DNA of 60,270 bases, the filler included. It is 3 parts of 3 records of this genome, joined end to end, with 100 filler letters (N's around TTAATTAATTAA, not from the genome) between each part and the next. Parts side by side here need not be neighbours in the genome. Positions count along the whole stretch, not along the records: positions 18,452 to 41,324 come from SRR20825019_497; positions 41,425 to 60,270 come from SRR20825019_503; 1 more part is not named here. One strand, written 5' to 3'. The number at the start of each line of letters is the position of its first letter. Position 1 is the stretch's first letter. Below the pieces are notes generated by a model. The model saw only the letters and a program-made list of their open reading frames with translations, did no database searches and was not told the origin of the DNA. Positions 37,225 through 47,970 of this stretch are shown in pieces. A program made the translations under genes and the position numbers.

Positions 37225-39945
37225 ATGAAGAAGACTAGATTAAATTGGCTTATGGCAATGACGGCCCTCGGTGCTGGCACGCTTATTACCGTACCTGCGG
37301 GTGCCGAAAGTGAAGAAGAAATTGCCCTTGAAGAAGTTGTTGTTACGGGAAGCCGGATTAAACGCAAGGATCTTTCTGGCGTTGGGCCCGTAACAGTCCT
37401 GAACGAAGCAGCCATCGAGGCTACAGGTGTGACGTCATTGGAGGTCTTGCTTCAACGGTTGCCTGCGGCAGCCGGATTTGGCGGTAATCAAACGAGCGCG
37501 TATTGGGTTTCAAACGGGTGGGGCACGCCGCAAATCAACTTGCGAGGTCTCGGTGTTAACCGGACCCTGGTTCTGGTGAATGGCCGCCGCGTAGTATTTG
37601 GTGGGACTGGCGCTAACAGCAGCGTGGATCTTTCCATGATCCCCATGTCCCTGATCTCCAAGGTTGAGGTCCTCAAGGATGGTGCTTCTGCCACCTACGG
37701 TGCGGACGCAGTTGCCGGGGTGGTGAATTTGATCACCAAAAAGGAATTTGAAGGCCTTGAGGTCGAGGGCAAGTTCGGTATGACCGACGAAGGTGATGGT
37801 GAAGAGTATCTTGTTGATCTGACATGGGGAGCGTCCAGCGATGTAGGTAACATTATGGTCAATATGAGCTATCAGGACAATAAAGCGTCGCCGCTTGCTG
37901 ACGACAGTCGCGCCCCGTGTCCCCTTTTTCCGGACGGAAGTGGTGGGTTGGAATGCGGTGGTAGTTCCTCCACAATCGGTGGTCGAGCAACACTGCCTGC
38001 CGGTGCGACCTTGCGAGACGGCACGATCCTGACAGAGCCGACGCGGATCAACTTCAATCAGGGATCTGGCGACGGCGACTTTTACGAGCCCTATGATGGG
38101 TCCAGACACTCGTTTAACTACAATCCGTATTTCAATGCAGTTCAACCGATTGAGCGATTCAGCTTCACGACGCTTGGTTCCTATAACTTGGGCGACGAAG
38201 CCCGCCTTTTCGCTGAGCTGATGTATACCCACAGGGAGTCCATGCAGCCTGCCTCGCCTGCTACCCTACAGGATATATTCTACTCTGCGGACCACCCGAC
38301 AAACCCGACGGGCGTGGATTTCACGCTTGAGCGCCGCCGCCTTCTAGAAAACGGTGCGCGTGACTTCCTTCAGGAAGTTGATACCTGGCGAGTGGTGACT
38401 GGCATTGAAGGAACAATCAATGACCACTGGTCTTATGATGTTGCCTTTAACTGGGGCCGCAACACGGGCATCGATGCCATTGCTAACAATATCAATATGC
38501 AGCGCCTTGGTGAAACACTGGATCCAGATGTATGTGGTTCCGGCGGTATACCCTGCGGCGATTATCTCGGCTTTGGCGACGTAACGCAGGACGTACTCGA
38601 TTATATCGTCTTCAACCAGCAAGGTACCGGCGGCAACGAACAGATCAGTGTCAGCGGTAACATCAGCGGCGATCTGTTTGAGCTTCCTGCGGGTATGATT
38701 GGCATCGCTGGCGGTGTGGAGTGGCGTAAGGAAAAAGGGTGGCGTAACCCGGATTCTCTCGTCGTCGCAGGGCTGGCACTAGGTAATCAGGCCGATCCGA
38801 TCTCTGGCACCACCAAAACCAAGGAAGTATATGCAGAGATGCATGTGCCGCTACTTGCTGATATGCCCTTTGTACAGTCGCTGGATATGGACCTAGCCAT
38901 TCGCTACTCGGATTACGACCTTTTTGGCGGAGACACCAACTATAAAATTGGCCTGAATTGGCAGGCATCAAATGCGATCAAGCTGCGCGGTACTTACACA
39001 ACCGCTTTCCGTACTCCGAACGTTCCGGAACTGTTTGGGGGTGTCTCGGAGGGTAATCTGACCACGACTGATCCGTGTTCGGGTTATGCAGCACTTAATA
39101 GTTCAAGCACTGTTTATCAAAACTGTCAGGCTGCGGGCGTACCGCTGAATTATGTTCAGCTTGGCAACACGATCCTCACAGACCGTGGCGGCAACCCGGA
39201 CCTGCAGCCGGAATCGGCGAAGTCCATGACGCTTGGTCTGGTACTACAGCCGCTTGATGGCCTGTCCTTCACCGTAGATTATTTCGACATCGAGGTCGAA
39301 GATGCCATTCGTGAAACCCCTGGGTCGACGAAGCTGTCCATCTGCTACAACTCACCAAGCTTATCGCATGTCTTCTGTGGTCCGGGTCATCACACCCGGA
39401 ACTCTGTTAATGGTGATATCAACTATCTTTCAACGCAGAAGACCAACACTGGTCGTGAAGTTATGAAGGGTGTCGATTTTGGTGCTGTTTATAACTTCGA
39501 TACGGAAGGTTTGGCGCACTCGCTGGATGTGAAGGCCACCTACCTCGCCAAGTATGAGTCCACAGCCTTTGATGGTGATGAGCCGTTTGAATTTGATGGT
39601 TTCATTGGTGGCGGCAACGGCGGCTATCCGCACTGGCGGGCAAATGCGTCCTGGACTACCAGTGCCGAGAAATGGTCTGGTACCTATTCGGTACAGATGA
39701 TCGGTAGTGGCGATGACTTTAATGCAACGGAAGGAGTCGGTTCTCATATGAAGGCCGTTTTCTACCATAATGTTCAGTTCTCGTACTCTATCAACGACGC
39801 GATGAAGCTGAGCCTTGGTGTTGACAACTTGTTCCAGAAAAACCCTCCGTATGTGGCATCGTGGACCGACGGGAACACCGATACCATGACATATGACCTA
39901 GCCGGTCGCCGGGGATATCTCCGGTTTACCTACCGGCTGAAGTAA
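37225..39945 (+). CDS. TonB-dependent receptor
   Basis: Signal peptide, EEVVVTGSRI, INLRGLG.NRTLVLVNGRR, VEVLKDGASATYGADAVAGVVN, beta-barrel C-terminus. Confidence 0.95.
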   Translation: MKKTRLNWLMAMTALGAGTLITVPAGAESEEEIALEEVVVTGSRIKRKDLSGVGPVTVLNEAAIEATGVTSLEVLLQRLPAAAGFGGNQTSAYWVSNGWGTPQINLRGLGVNRTLVLVNGRRVVFGGTGANSSVDLSMIPMSLISKVEVLKDGASATYGADAVAGVVNLITKKEFEGLEVEGKFGMTDEGDGEEYLVDLTWGASSDVGNIMVNMSYQDNKASPLADDSRAPCPLFPDGSGGLECGGSSSTIGGRATLPAGATLRDGTILTEPTRINFNQGSGDGDFYEPYDGSRHSFNYNPYFNAVQPIERFSFTTLGSYNLGDEARLFAELMYTHRESMQPASPATLQDIFYSADHPTNPTGVDFTLERRRLLENGARDFLQEVDTWRVVTGIEGTINDHWSYDVAFNWGRNTGIDAIANNINMQRLGETLDPDVCGSGGIPCGDYLGFGDVTQDVLDYIVFNQQGTGGNEQISVSGNISGDLFELPAGMIGIAGGVEWRKEKGWRNPDSLVVAGLALGNQADPISGTTKTKEVYAEMHVPLLADMPFVQSLDMDLAIRYSDYDLFGGDTNYKIGLNWQASNAIKLRGTYTTAFRTPNVPELFGGVSEGNLTTTDPCSGYAALNSSSTVYQNCQAAGVPLNYVQLGNTILTDRGGNPDLQPESAKSMTLGLVLQPLDGLSFTVDYFDIEVEDAIRETPGSTKLSICYNSPSLSHVFCGPGHHTRNSVNGDINYLSTQKTNTGREVMKGVDFGAVYNFDTEGLAHSLDVKATYLAKYESTAFDGDEPFEFDGFIGGGNGGYPHWRANASWTTSAEKWSGTYSVQMIGSGDDFNATEGVGSHMKAVFYHNVQFSYSINDAMKLSLGVDNLFQKNPPYVASWTDGNTDTMTYDLAGRRGYLRFTYRLK

Positions 39946-40016
39946 GGTGAGCCAAGCATGGGCGGGGTATGCCCGCCCACGCTTTTTTGAAAATTATGCA
40001 CTCTTGGGGTTTCGAA

Positions 40017-40748
40017 ATGCGCGCTTCGTTTTTATCACGCCGGTGGCACAAGTGGCTGGCCCTGGTGATTGGTATCCAGGCCCTGTTCTGGATGATCAGC
40101 GGCGTCTACATGGTCACGATGAATCTGGACTATATCCACGGTGACCACCTTGTTAAAAACATGGATGAACCGCTTACCGCGGCTTATGGTGACGTGGTTC
40201 CTTATTCGACTATGCTGACCAGAAACCCGAATGCATCACGTATTCAGTTGGTATCCTGGCTGGGTAGTCCACATTACCGGATTTATTCGCCGGAAGGGAC
40301 GAAGCTGGTCAATGGATACACAGGCGAGTTGGTTTCGCCTCTTGATGAAGGGACCGCACGAGGAGTCGCTGAATATCATTATGCTCAGGACGGGCAGATC
40401 AGTGGTGTAAGCCTTTTGACGGACAAGAAAGACGCACCAACCGAGATTCAGACTCGCCCGTTACCGCTTTGGCGAATTGATTTCAACGACGCAATCGGGA
40501 CCAGTCTATATGTGTCGCCGAATGACGGTCGGCTCGTCACGCGTCGGCATGATTTCTGGCGCATGTTCGATTTTGTCTGGATGCTCCACATTATGGACTA
40601 TGAAGACCGCTCAGACATGAACAACAACCTTTTGCGTGTGGCCGCATTTGTAGGCACCATTCTTTCTCTGACCGGTATCTGGCTGCTTTTCTACAGTTTC
40701 AGGCGGAAAAATTGGAAGGAATCTGGCGGTTCGGGAGATATGTCATGA
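40017..40748 (+). CDS. PepSY-domain membrane protein
   Basis: RRWHKWLAL..G.Q...W..SG; WR.FD..WMLHIMDY. Confidence 0.85.
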   Translation: MRASFLSRRWHKWLALVIGIQALFWMISGVYMVTMNLDYIHGDHLVKNMDEPLTAAYGDVVPYSTMLTRNPNASRIQLVSWLGSPHYRIYSPEGTKLVNGYTGELVSPLDEGTARGVAEYHYAQDGQISGVSLLTDKKDAPTEIQTRPLPLWRIDFNDAIGTSLYVSPNDGRLVTRRHDFWRMFDFVWMLHIMDYEDRSDMNNNLLRVAAFVGTILSLTGIWLLFYSFRRKNWKESGGSGDMS

Positions 40749-41324
40749 ACTTGATGCGCATTACCCATAAATGGGTAGGCCTTCTGCTAGGGCTTCAGTT
40801 GCTTTTGTGGATGCTGAGCGGTTTTATGATGAGCTGGTTCGAGCACGACCAGGTGGAAGGACACCACCTTCGCAAACATGTTCATGGCGAGCCTGCCAGC
40901 TTGGCCTCCTTTGCGCCCTTTGCGGGGGAGGAGGAAGTCCTTGCACAGGTTTCTGGCAGCGATGTGCTGAAAGCCGTCACGATGGACCTCTTTCAGCGCA
41001 AGCCTGTCTATAAGGTGCGGACGGAAACCAGCACCCGCATGTTTGACGCCAGGACAGCTCAGCCCATTATCATTGACGCAGAAAAAGCTCGTGAAATTGC
41101 AGTGGCTGACTATGCCGGTAGCGGTACGGTCGAGAATGTGACGCCGATCAAGGCACCAACCATGGAAACCCGCGAAAGCATGGGACCGGGCTGGCGTGTT
41201 GATTTCGATGATGAAGAAAACAGTTCCTTTTACCTTTCTGCAGAGACAGGGCGCATCTGGGAGCGTCGCCAGGATACTTGGCGTCTGTTTGATATCTTCT
41301 GGATGCTGCACATCATGGATTATG
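40745..41324 (+). CDS. PepSY-domain membrane protein (truncated at the contig end)
   Basis: HKWVGLLLGLQ..LW.LSG; WRLFDIFWMLHIMDY; paralogue of the upstream gene. Confidence 0.85.
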
Positions 41325-41424
41325 NNNNNNNNNNNNNNNNNNNNNNNNNNNNNNNNNNNNNNNNNNNNTTAATTAATTAANNNNNNNNNNNNNNNNNNNN
41401 NNNNNNNNNNNNNNNNNNNNNNNN
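41325..41424. other. Artificial contig linker
   Basis: N44-TTAATTAATTAA-N44. Confidence 0.98.
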
Positions 41425-41589
41425 TCCGCTTCAAGAAGAAGCTCAAGTAATCTGCTGACAGGCGAGAGGGGATGATGTTGTGGTTTTCAATTTGCGATGT
41501 GTGAACAAAGGTAGGGATGTGTGTTTTATATGCACCTCCCCTCCTCCCAAACCACCACTGCAGTGTTGTGACCTGCTACTGTTGTTTCC

Positions 41590-41724
41590 AAAGACTTTAT
41601 TGTAGTTTTCCTTTTCAATTTTTGTTGCGGCGTTTTGCCATATTTTGTATTTGGTGTTATTTTCGTTTTGCTATTTTTCTTTTTCTCTCCCTCTCTTTTT
41701 CCCCCACAATGAAGTCACCACAAG
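41590..41724 (+). promoter_or_regulatory. Polypyrimidine tract and AG, probable SL trans-splice acceptor
   Basis: Long T/C-rich tract followed by AG at ~41714/41724; similar tracts precede 43989, 46237 and 52828. Confidence 0.55.
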
Positions 41725-41747
41725 CCCCCACCACCACACACCTCAAC

Positions 41748-43832
41748 ATGCGTAAGATATTCGCTGATGTGTCTACCCACAAGCAATGCTCCTCCCTCTT
41801 CCCCAAGACGGTTGAGGAGATCGGCTCCCTCGTCAACGCCGCCAAGGATCGTGCTACCACCAGCTTGAAGGCCATCTACGGCGTCGATGCCTCCACCCGC
41901 AGCTTCCAGAACACTGCCCGTGCAACTGATCTCGCCGAGAGTGAGCTTAGCGTTGCCGGCAGCCTTCTCTCTGTGTTGATGAACACCTCTGCACAGAAGG
42001 AGCTCCGCGACGAGGCCCGTAAGCAAATCGTCGATATCCAAGAGTTCTCTATTGAGAACTTCAGCACCAACAAGGAGCTGTACAAGTGTTTCCAGGCCTA
42101 CCAGTCTACCCCTGAGTTCGCTAATGAGGCTCATGTCGCCGGGCAGCAGCGCTACTGGCTCACTGAGCAGATTGCTGATTACAAGCGCAGTGGCCTCGAT
42201 CTTGAGGGTGCCGACTTCGACGAGGTCGTCTCTCTCCAAAAGAAGATTGCTGCCCTTTCCACCACCTTCAGCGCCAACTCCGCCGAGGACAAGACTGAGC
42301 TGTACTTTGCTCCTGAGGCGTTGGTCGGTACCCCCGAGTCCGTCCTCAAGGGCCTGTCCAAGAAGGAAGGCGATGACACCCTCCTCGTTGTCAAGCTCGA
42401 CTACCCCACCTACTTCGGTATTATGAAGAATTGTGAGATCGCTGATACCCGCCGTCAGATGTCTCTGGCCTTTGAGAATCGTGCCTTCCCTCAGAACATG
42501 GATGTGCTCAAGGATGTGATCCGTGCCCGCCATCAGCTAGCTACTAAGCTGGGATACGTCTCCTTCGCCGCCTACAACCTCGCCGATAAGATGATCAAGA
42601 CCCCCCAGAACGCCTCCACCTTCATTGACAGCCTTATCCCCGGCCTCCAGAAGAAATGGGCCTTGGAGAAGCAGGTCATCTGCGAGAACCTCCACCCCAG
42701 CGTCGTCCTCACCCCCACTGGTGATATTGAGAACTACGACATTGCCTTCTCGATCAACCAAGTTAAGATGAACAAGTTGGCTGTCAGTGAGACCGATATC
42801 AAGGAGTACTTCCCCATGGATGCTACCGTGCAGGCCCTCTTCGACATCTACCAGGCCTTCTTCGATATCACCTTCGTCGAGCACAAGAACGGAAACGATC
42901 TTTGGCACGAGGATGTGACTACCTTGGAGGTTGTGGATAATAAGACCAAGGCCCTCCTTGGACACATCATCATGGATCTGTTCCCCCGCGAGGGCAAGTT
43001 CTCCCACGCGTGCTGCCACCCCGTCGTCCCTGCCGTCGAGGGTGATGATGCCGCTGATCCTGTCACTGGTGCCGGTGCCACCTTCTCCCCCGTTCTTACC
43101 GTCGTCCTTGCTAACTTCCCCAAGCCCTCAGCGGACGCCCCCGCCTTGTTCCTCCACGACGACGTCGAGACCTTCTTCCACGAGTTCGGACACGCCATCC
43201 ACAACATCATGGGTCGGAGCCGTATGGCTACCCATGCTGGTACCAGCGTGAAGCGTGATTTCGTGGAGCTTCCCTCCCAGATGCTCGAGGAGTGGTTGTG
43301 GGAGGAGGACATCCTCAAGAAGGTCAGCAAGCACTACAAGACTGGCCTCCCACTCCCCGACACCCTCATCAAGTCCAAGATCGCCAGCCAGAGCGCGTTC
43401 AGCGGCCGCGATAGCCTCCGTCAGCTGTGCTTCGCTCGCTACTCCCTTAACCTCTTCAGCGAGGACTTCTACAAGAACGCCATCGAGGGATCTTCCGATT
43501 CCACCTCTGATACCTTCATGCGTATCCAGAAGGAAATCCTCACCGGTATTCACTACTCCGAGGGTAGCCATTTCGAGTGCGCCTTTGGACATCTTATGGG
43601 CTATGGCGCCGGATACTACGGCTACATGTGGTCTGAGGTTCTTGCCCAGGACGTCTTTAGCTATATCAAGGCCAAGGATGGTCTCCTCTCCGCGGAGCTC
43701 GGTCGTCGGTACGTCGAGAAGATTGTAGGTGTTGGAGGAGGACGCGACCCCAACGACATGGTCAGGGAGTTCCTGGAGCGTGAGCCTAACTCTGACGCCT
43801 TCCTCAAGAAGCTTGGTATCGAGAAGCAATAG
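41748..43832 (+). CDS. Thimet oligopeptidase (peptidase M3A)
   Basis: DLFPREGKFSHA, FFHEFGHAIH (HExxH), DFVELPSQMLE, FGHLMGYGAGYYGYMWS; intronless. Alternative start at 41709. Confidence 0.92.
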   Translation: MRKIFADVSTHKQCSSLFPKTVEEIGSLVNAAKDRATTSLKAIYGVDASTRSFQNTARATDLAESELSVAGSLLSVLMNTSAQKELRDEARKQIVDIQEFSIENFSTNKELYKCFQAYQSTPEFANEAHVAGQQRYWLTEQIADYKRSGLDLEGADFDEVVSLQKKIAALSTTFSANSAEDKTELYFAPEALVGTPESVLKGLSKKEGDDTLLVVKLDYPTYFGIMKNCEIADTRRQMSLAFENRAFPQNMDVLKDVIRARHQLATKLGYVSFAAYNLADKMIKTPQNASTFIDSLIPGLQKKWALEKQVICENLHPSVVLTPTGDIENYDIAFSINQVKMNKLAVSETDIKEYFPMDATVQALFDIYQAFFDITFVEHKNGNDLWHEDVTTLEVVDNKTKALLGHIIMDLFPREGKFSHACCHPVVPAVEGDDAADPVTGAGATFSPVLTVVLANFPKPSADAPALFLHDDVETFFHEFGHAIHNIMGRSRMATHAGTSVKRDFVELPSQMLEEWLWEEDILKKVSKHYKTGLPLPDTLIKSKIASQSAFSGRDSLRQLCFARYSLNLFSEDFYKNAIEGSSDSTSDTFMRIQKEILTGIHYSEGSHFECAFGHLMGYGAGYYGYMWSEVLAQDVFSYIKAKDGLLSAELGRRYVEKIVGVGGGRDPNDMVREFLEREPNSDAFLKKLGIEKQ

Positions 43833-43988
43833 TACGCTACTACTACTGTTTTAGAAAGGAATGCGATATCGTCAAAATTGCTAATACCTCAACTTTTTTG
43901 TTTGCTTTTGTGCTTTCATTTTTAATTTGTTTTTTACTTCTTTTTCTTTTCCCTTTTATTGTTTTTAAAAGTAGTATTTCAGTTAGAG

Positions 43989-45446
43989 ATGCTTCGTCGT
44001 ATCGGAGCTCCATTCGCTGCCACCGCCGTCGCCCTCCAGAAGACTTCCTATGGTAATCTAAGGGACGAGGACCGTATCTTCACCAACCTCTATGACGACT
44101 TCGGTGTTGATATCAAGTCGGCTGAGCGTCGTGGTGACTGGTACCGGACCAAGGACCTCTTGGCCAAGGGACACGACTGGGTTGTCAATGAGGTGAAGGC
44201 ATCTGGCCTCCGTGGCCGTGGAGGTGCCGGATTCCCTTCCGGCCTAAAGTGGTCATTCATGCCCAAGGTTAAGCCCGATGACCGCCCCAGCTACATCGTC
44301 ATCAACGGTGATGAATCCGAGCCCGGCACTTGCAAGGATCGCGAGATTATGCGCTTCGAGCCCCATAAGCTCGTCGAGGGTGCCCTCATTGCTGGTTTCG
44401 GAATGCGTGCTCGTGCTGGTTACATCTACCTTCGTGGTGAGTTCTACAATGAGTGGAAGGCCGTCGAGAAGGCCATCCAGGAGGCTTACGCGAAGGGATA
44501 CCTAGGCAAGAACGCCTGCGGGTCTGGGTACGACTTCGACCTGTACACCTACCGTGGAGCTGGTGCATACATCTGCGGCGAGGAGACTGCTATGATCCAA
44601 TCCATTGAGGGAGGCCAGGGTAAGCCCCGTCTCAAGCCCCCATTCCCCGCCAACATTGGACTCTGGGGTTGCCCCACTACCGTCACCAATGTCGAGACTG
44701 TTGCCGTCGCACCTACCATCCTCCGTCGTAGCCCCCAGTGGTTCGCTTCATTCGGTCGCAAGAACAACGCCGGTACCAAGCTCTTCTGCATTAGTGGCCA
44801 CGTCAACACCCCCTGTACCGTCGAGGAGGAGATGTCCATTCCCCTCAGGGAGCTCATCGATCGCCATTGCGGTGGTGTCAAGGGTGGCTGGGATAACCTC
44901 CTTGCCGTTATCCCAGGAGGTTCCTCTGTGCCCCTCCTACCCAAGCATATCTGCGATGATGTGCTCATGGACTTCGATGCCCTTAAGGACGTCCAATCTG
45001 GTCTCGGAACCGCCGCCGTCATCGTCATGGATAAGTCCACCGATGTCATTGATGCTATCGCTAGGTTGTCCCAGTTCTACAAGCACGAGTCTTGCGGTCA
45101 GTGCACTCCTTGCCGTGAGGGTGCCCCTTGGCTCGATAAAATGATGCGTCGCTTCGTCCGCGGAAACGCCAAGAAGGAGGAGATCATCACCCTCGACGAC
45201 GTCTCTAGGCAGATTGAGGGTCGTACTATCTGCGCCCTCGGAGCCGCCGCAGCCTGGCCCGTCCAGGGTCTAGTGAAGAACTTCAAGCCCGAGATGGAGG
45301 AGAGGATTGAGAAGTTCTGGGAGGCTAATCCCCACTGGGGTAAGCCCGGATCCCCATGGCGTCGTTGGAAGACACATAGGTACTACCTCATGCAGAAGGG
45401 AGAGAAGCTGAATTGGGAGGGTAAGGCTAGCAGGCTTTGGAACTAA
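43989..45446 (+). CDS. NDUFV1: Mitochondrial complex I 51-kDa flavoprotein
   Basis: MLRR presequence, [57 protein letters not shown]. Confidence 0.96.
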   Translation: MLRRIGAPFAATAVALQKTSYGNLRDEDRIFTNLYDDFGVDIKSAERRGDWYRTKDLLAKGHDWVVNEVKASGLRGRGGAGFPSGLKWSFMPKVKPDDRPSYIVINGDESEPGTCKDREIMRFEPHKLVEGALIAGFGMRARAGYIYLRGEFYNEWKAVEKAIQEAYAKGYLGKNACGSGYDFDLYTYRGAGAYICGEETAMIQSIEGGQGKPRLKPPFPANIGLWGCPTTVTNVETVAVAPTILRRSPQWFASFGRKNNAGTKLFCISGHVNTPCTVEEEMSIPLRELIDRHCGGVKGGWDNLLAVIPGGSSVPLLPKHICDDVLMDFDALKDVQSGLGTAAVIVMDKSTDVIDAIARLSQFYKHESCGQCTPCREGAPWLDKMMRRFVRGNAKKEEIITLDDVSRQIEGRTICALGAAAAWPVQGLVKNFKPEMEERIEKFWEANPHWGKPGSPWRRWKTHRYYLMQKGEKLNWEGKASRLWN

Positions 45447-46236
45447 AACACTCCAACACCACAAAAACACAACAATCCCCAAAAACTTCAAAAATATTAT
45501 TATATAGGTGAAGAGAACGGTGTTATTTCTCCATTCGTCAAAGATGAATGGGGAAAGTCCCGTTACTGTTGTCAACACCTCCTTCTTCAGCGGGTGCGGA
45601 GTTCGCGAACACTACCAACAACACCCCAACAACTACTATCTCAGTCTCCTCTGCCACTCCCCCCAAAACGGTTTTAAATTAATGACAGGGAACTGAGAAG
45701 CTATGTTTATAGCGCTCGTGAACAGTCTTCAATGGTCTTTTTATAACGACGGTTACAAGAAAAAAGGAGGGGCATTTTTACCGCCATGGTTTCATTGGGA
45801 AAAACAACACAATTTAGAAAAAAAGGGGGAGAGCATTCGAACACTGATACGACGGTGCTCACAGATACAAACACCAAAGGTGTTGTGATTAGCCCATTGC
45901 ATTAGGAAAATGAGAGTTGTTGGTGGCGTATTTTGTATTCAACATGGTGCGCTCCTAGGAGGATTTGACACAACTCGCACACACACACACAAATGACACC
46001 CCCCTCCACAAAAATTATCCAAAAATTTACTTCCACTTTTGTAATTTCTTTGTTATTATTGGATTGTTGTGTTGATGTTGAAAGGTTGCCCCTCTCTCTC
46101 GAAGGGGTCGCCTGACAGGATCAACCAACACATCTCTCTCTATGCTGAATGTTATTACATGTTTGTTTTAAATTCAATTTCTCTCTCCCATTTTTCTCAA
46201 TGTCAAAAATAAAAGTTTAGGAATAAGAGCAACAAG

Positions 46237-47970
46237 ATGGCTAAGCCATACAAGAAGTCTTTCAGTGCCCTCGCTACCCGAGGAGGTGGCGGAGGTGGCG
46301 GCGGTAACAGCGGAGGCCGTGGAGGAGGAGGCCAGTCCCGCGGTCGTGGCGGAGGAGGTGGACCCAACAACGGCGGCGGTGGAGGTGGCGGTCGCTCTGG
46401 AGGTGGTCGCGGTGGAGGGGGAGGCCGTGGAGGTGGGCGCGGCGGCGGTGGCCGTGGTGGTCGTGGAGGAGGAGGTGACGGTGGTAACAACAATACCGCC
46501 AAGGCCCCCACCAACGTCCTCTCCGCTATCCTCAACCTCATGTTCGAGAAGCATCAGGGTGTCCTTTTCAATGCCGATGCCAGCATGCTTAACCTTGCCG
46601 CTTTTAACCAAGGACCAGACCTACAAGGAATCCTCGAGTACATCGACTTCAACAAGGCCGGGTTTTGTGATGCCCTTGCTACCGTCATCAAGGAGAAGAT
46701 CGGTGCCGTCCGTAACATCAATTTCCAGAACAACAACATTACATCCGCTGGTACCATGCTCCGTGCCCTGTCCGACTCTGGCCTAGCCTACCACATCACT
46801 GGTATCTCCTTCGCCAACAACAACATCAAGGAGCTGTCCTTCATCAACATCCTCTCCAACTTCTCCAACCTCGTGGAGCTTGGCTTTGGAAATAACCCCG
46901 TGCAGAGTAAGACAAACTACCGCACTCAGCTCTCTCGGAAGGTGGGTAGCTTGTCCATTCTTGATGGCGACAGCATCCTGCGTCCCCCGATGTCTCTCCC
47001 CAACCCCGTCCCATGCCAGCCCTACACCCCCGAGGCCCTGCAGCTTCTACAATATCTCGAGAATGCCTACTTCTCCCGACTCTGCAACAACGCCTCCGAA
47101 ACCATGTCCGTGATGCACCCCGAGATCCACTACTCGGTGTGCATCGCTGGTAATATCCGTGTTCCCGTCGCACAGGGCGAGCTTCCCCCCCAGGTCCTCA
47201 ACAACCTCCCCCCTGACCAGAGGAACGCCGCCCAGAGTGCCAACCGTCAGATCGGCAATGATTTTAAGAACCTTGAGCGTGCCATCAAGGGCCGTGCTAC
47301 CAACTACCTAGATGGCCAGAAGTCTAAGAACAGCATCAGGGGTCGCTCTAAGGTGCTTGTGAAGTTTGAGGAGGGTCTCTACAGCAACAAGTTCCTCACC
47401 CAGCACACCATCCACGGAAACGCCCTCGTAAGCATGATCCCCTCCTCCGTTATTCCCATTGCTCAGGTTGTTGTACATGGCCTCATCACTTGGACCCCCC
47501 TCATGTCATCCCAGCTCGCCAGCATCGGTGTCCCTCCTGTCACCTTCTCTCTCTACTTCGACCGCACTCTTACCCTCGTCCGCAACGATGGCGAGAACCT
47601 CTGGCAGATCACCAATGACAGCATGACCCTCCGTGAGGTCAAGACATCTAGCTACACAGATGAGCCTCTGTACTTCGCCGACAACAAGGCCCACGTGGAG
47701 CGTCTCACCTCTCAAAACCCCTTCTCGGGCCCTGGGTTCCCCGCCGAGGTCGTCATGGAGTTCGCCAAGAACGGTGCCAACGACCAGGCCATCGCCGAGT
47801 TTGCCAACTATGTGAACCCCAACACCGTCGTCGAGGCTCTTCCTCTTTGCGGCAACAATCTAACGTACGCTGCAAGGATCGGTATTGTGGTGGCAAAGAA
47901 GAACTGCACCCCTCAGGAGGCCGCCACCGCGTTGGCCGCCGTCAACTACAACATGTCCCAGCTACAATAA
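46237..47970 (+). CDS. Mex67/NXF1-family mRNA export factor paralogue with an RGG-rich N-terminus
   Basis: LRR region (INFQNNNI, ISFANNNI, LGFGNNPV), RPP.SLP.P linker, NTF2-like FDRTLTL...WQITND; eight RGG repeats and no CCCH. Confidence 0.8.
   Translation: MAKPYKKSFSALATRGGGGGGGGNSGGRGGGGQSRGRGGGGGPNNGGGGGGGRSGGGRGGGGGRGGGRGGGGRGGRGGGGDGGNNNTAKAPTNVLSAILNLMFEKHQGVLFNADASMLNLAAFNQGPDLQGILEYIDFNKAGFCDALATVIKEKIGAVRNINFQNNNITSAGTMLRALSDSGLAYHITGISFANNNIKELSFINILSNFSNLVELGFGNNPVQSKTNYRTQLSRKVGSLSILDGDSILRPPMSLPNPVPCQPYTPEALQLLQYLENAYFSRLCNNASETMSVMHPEIHYSVCIAGNIRVPVAQGELPPQVLNNLPPDQRNAAQSANRQIGNDFKNLERAIKGRATNYLDGQKSKNSIRGRSKVLVKFEEGLYSNKFLTQHTIHGNALVSMIPSSVIPIAQVVVHGLITWTPLMSSQLASIGVPPVTFSLYFDRTLTLVRNDGENLWQITNDSMTLREVKTSSYTDEPLYFADNKAHVERLTSQNPFSGPGFPAEVVMEFAKNGANDQAIAEFANYVNPNTVVEALPLCGNNLTYAARIGIVVAKKNCTPQEAATALAAVNYNMSQLQ

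Noticed and set aside
41425-41450. 3' end of a CDS (..RFKKKLK*)
   Set aside because: Too short to identify.
41715-43829. Long - strand ORFs opposite the peptidase
   Set aside because: A by-product of strong C/T third-position codon bias.
34920-45446. Apparent bacteria-to-eukaryote HGT, or a bacterial nuoF
   Set aside because: A linker separates the contigs, and NDUFV1 has a mitochondrial presequence and eukaryotic context.
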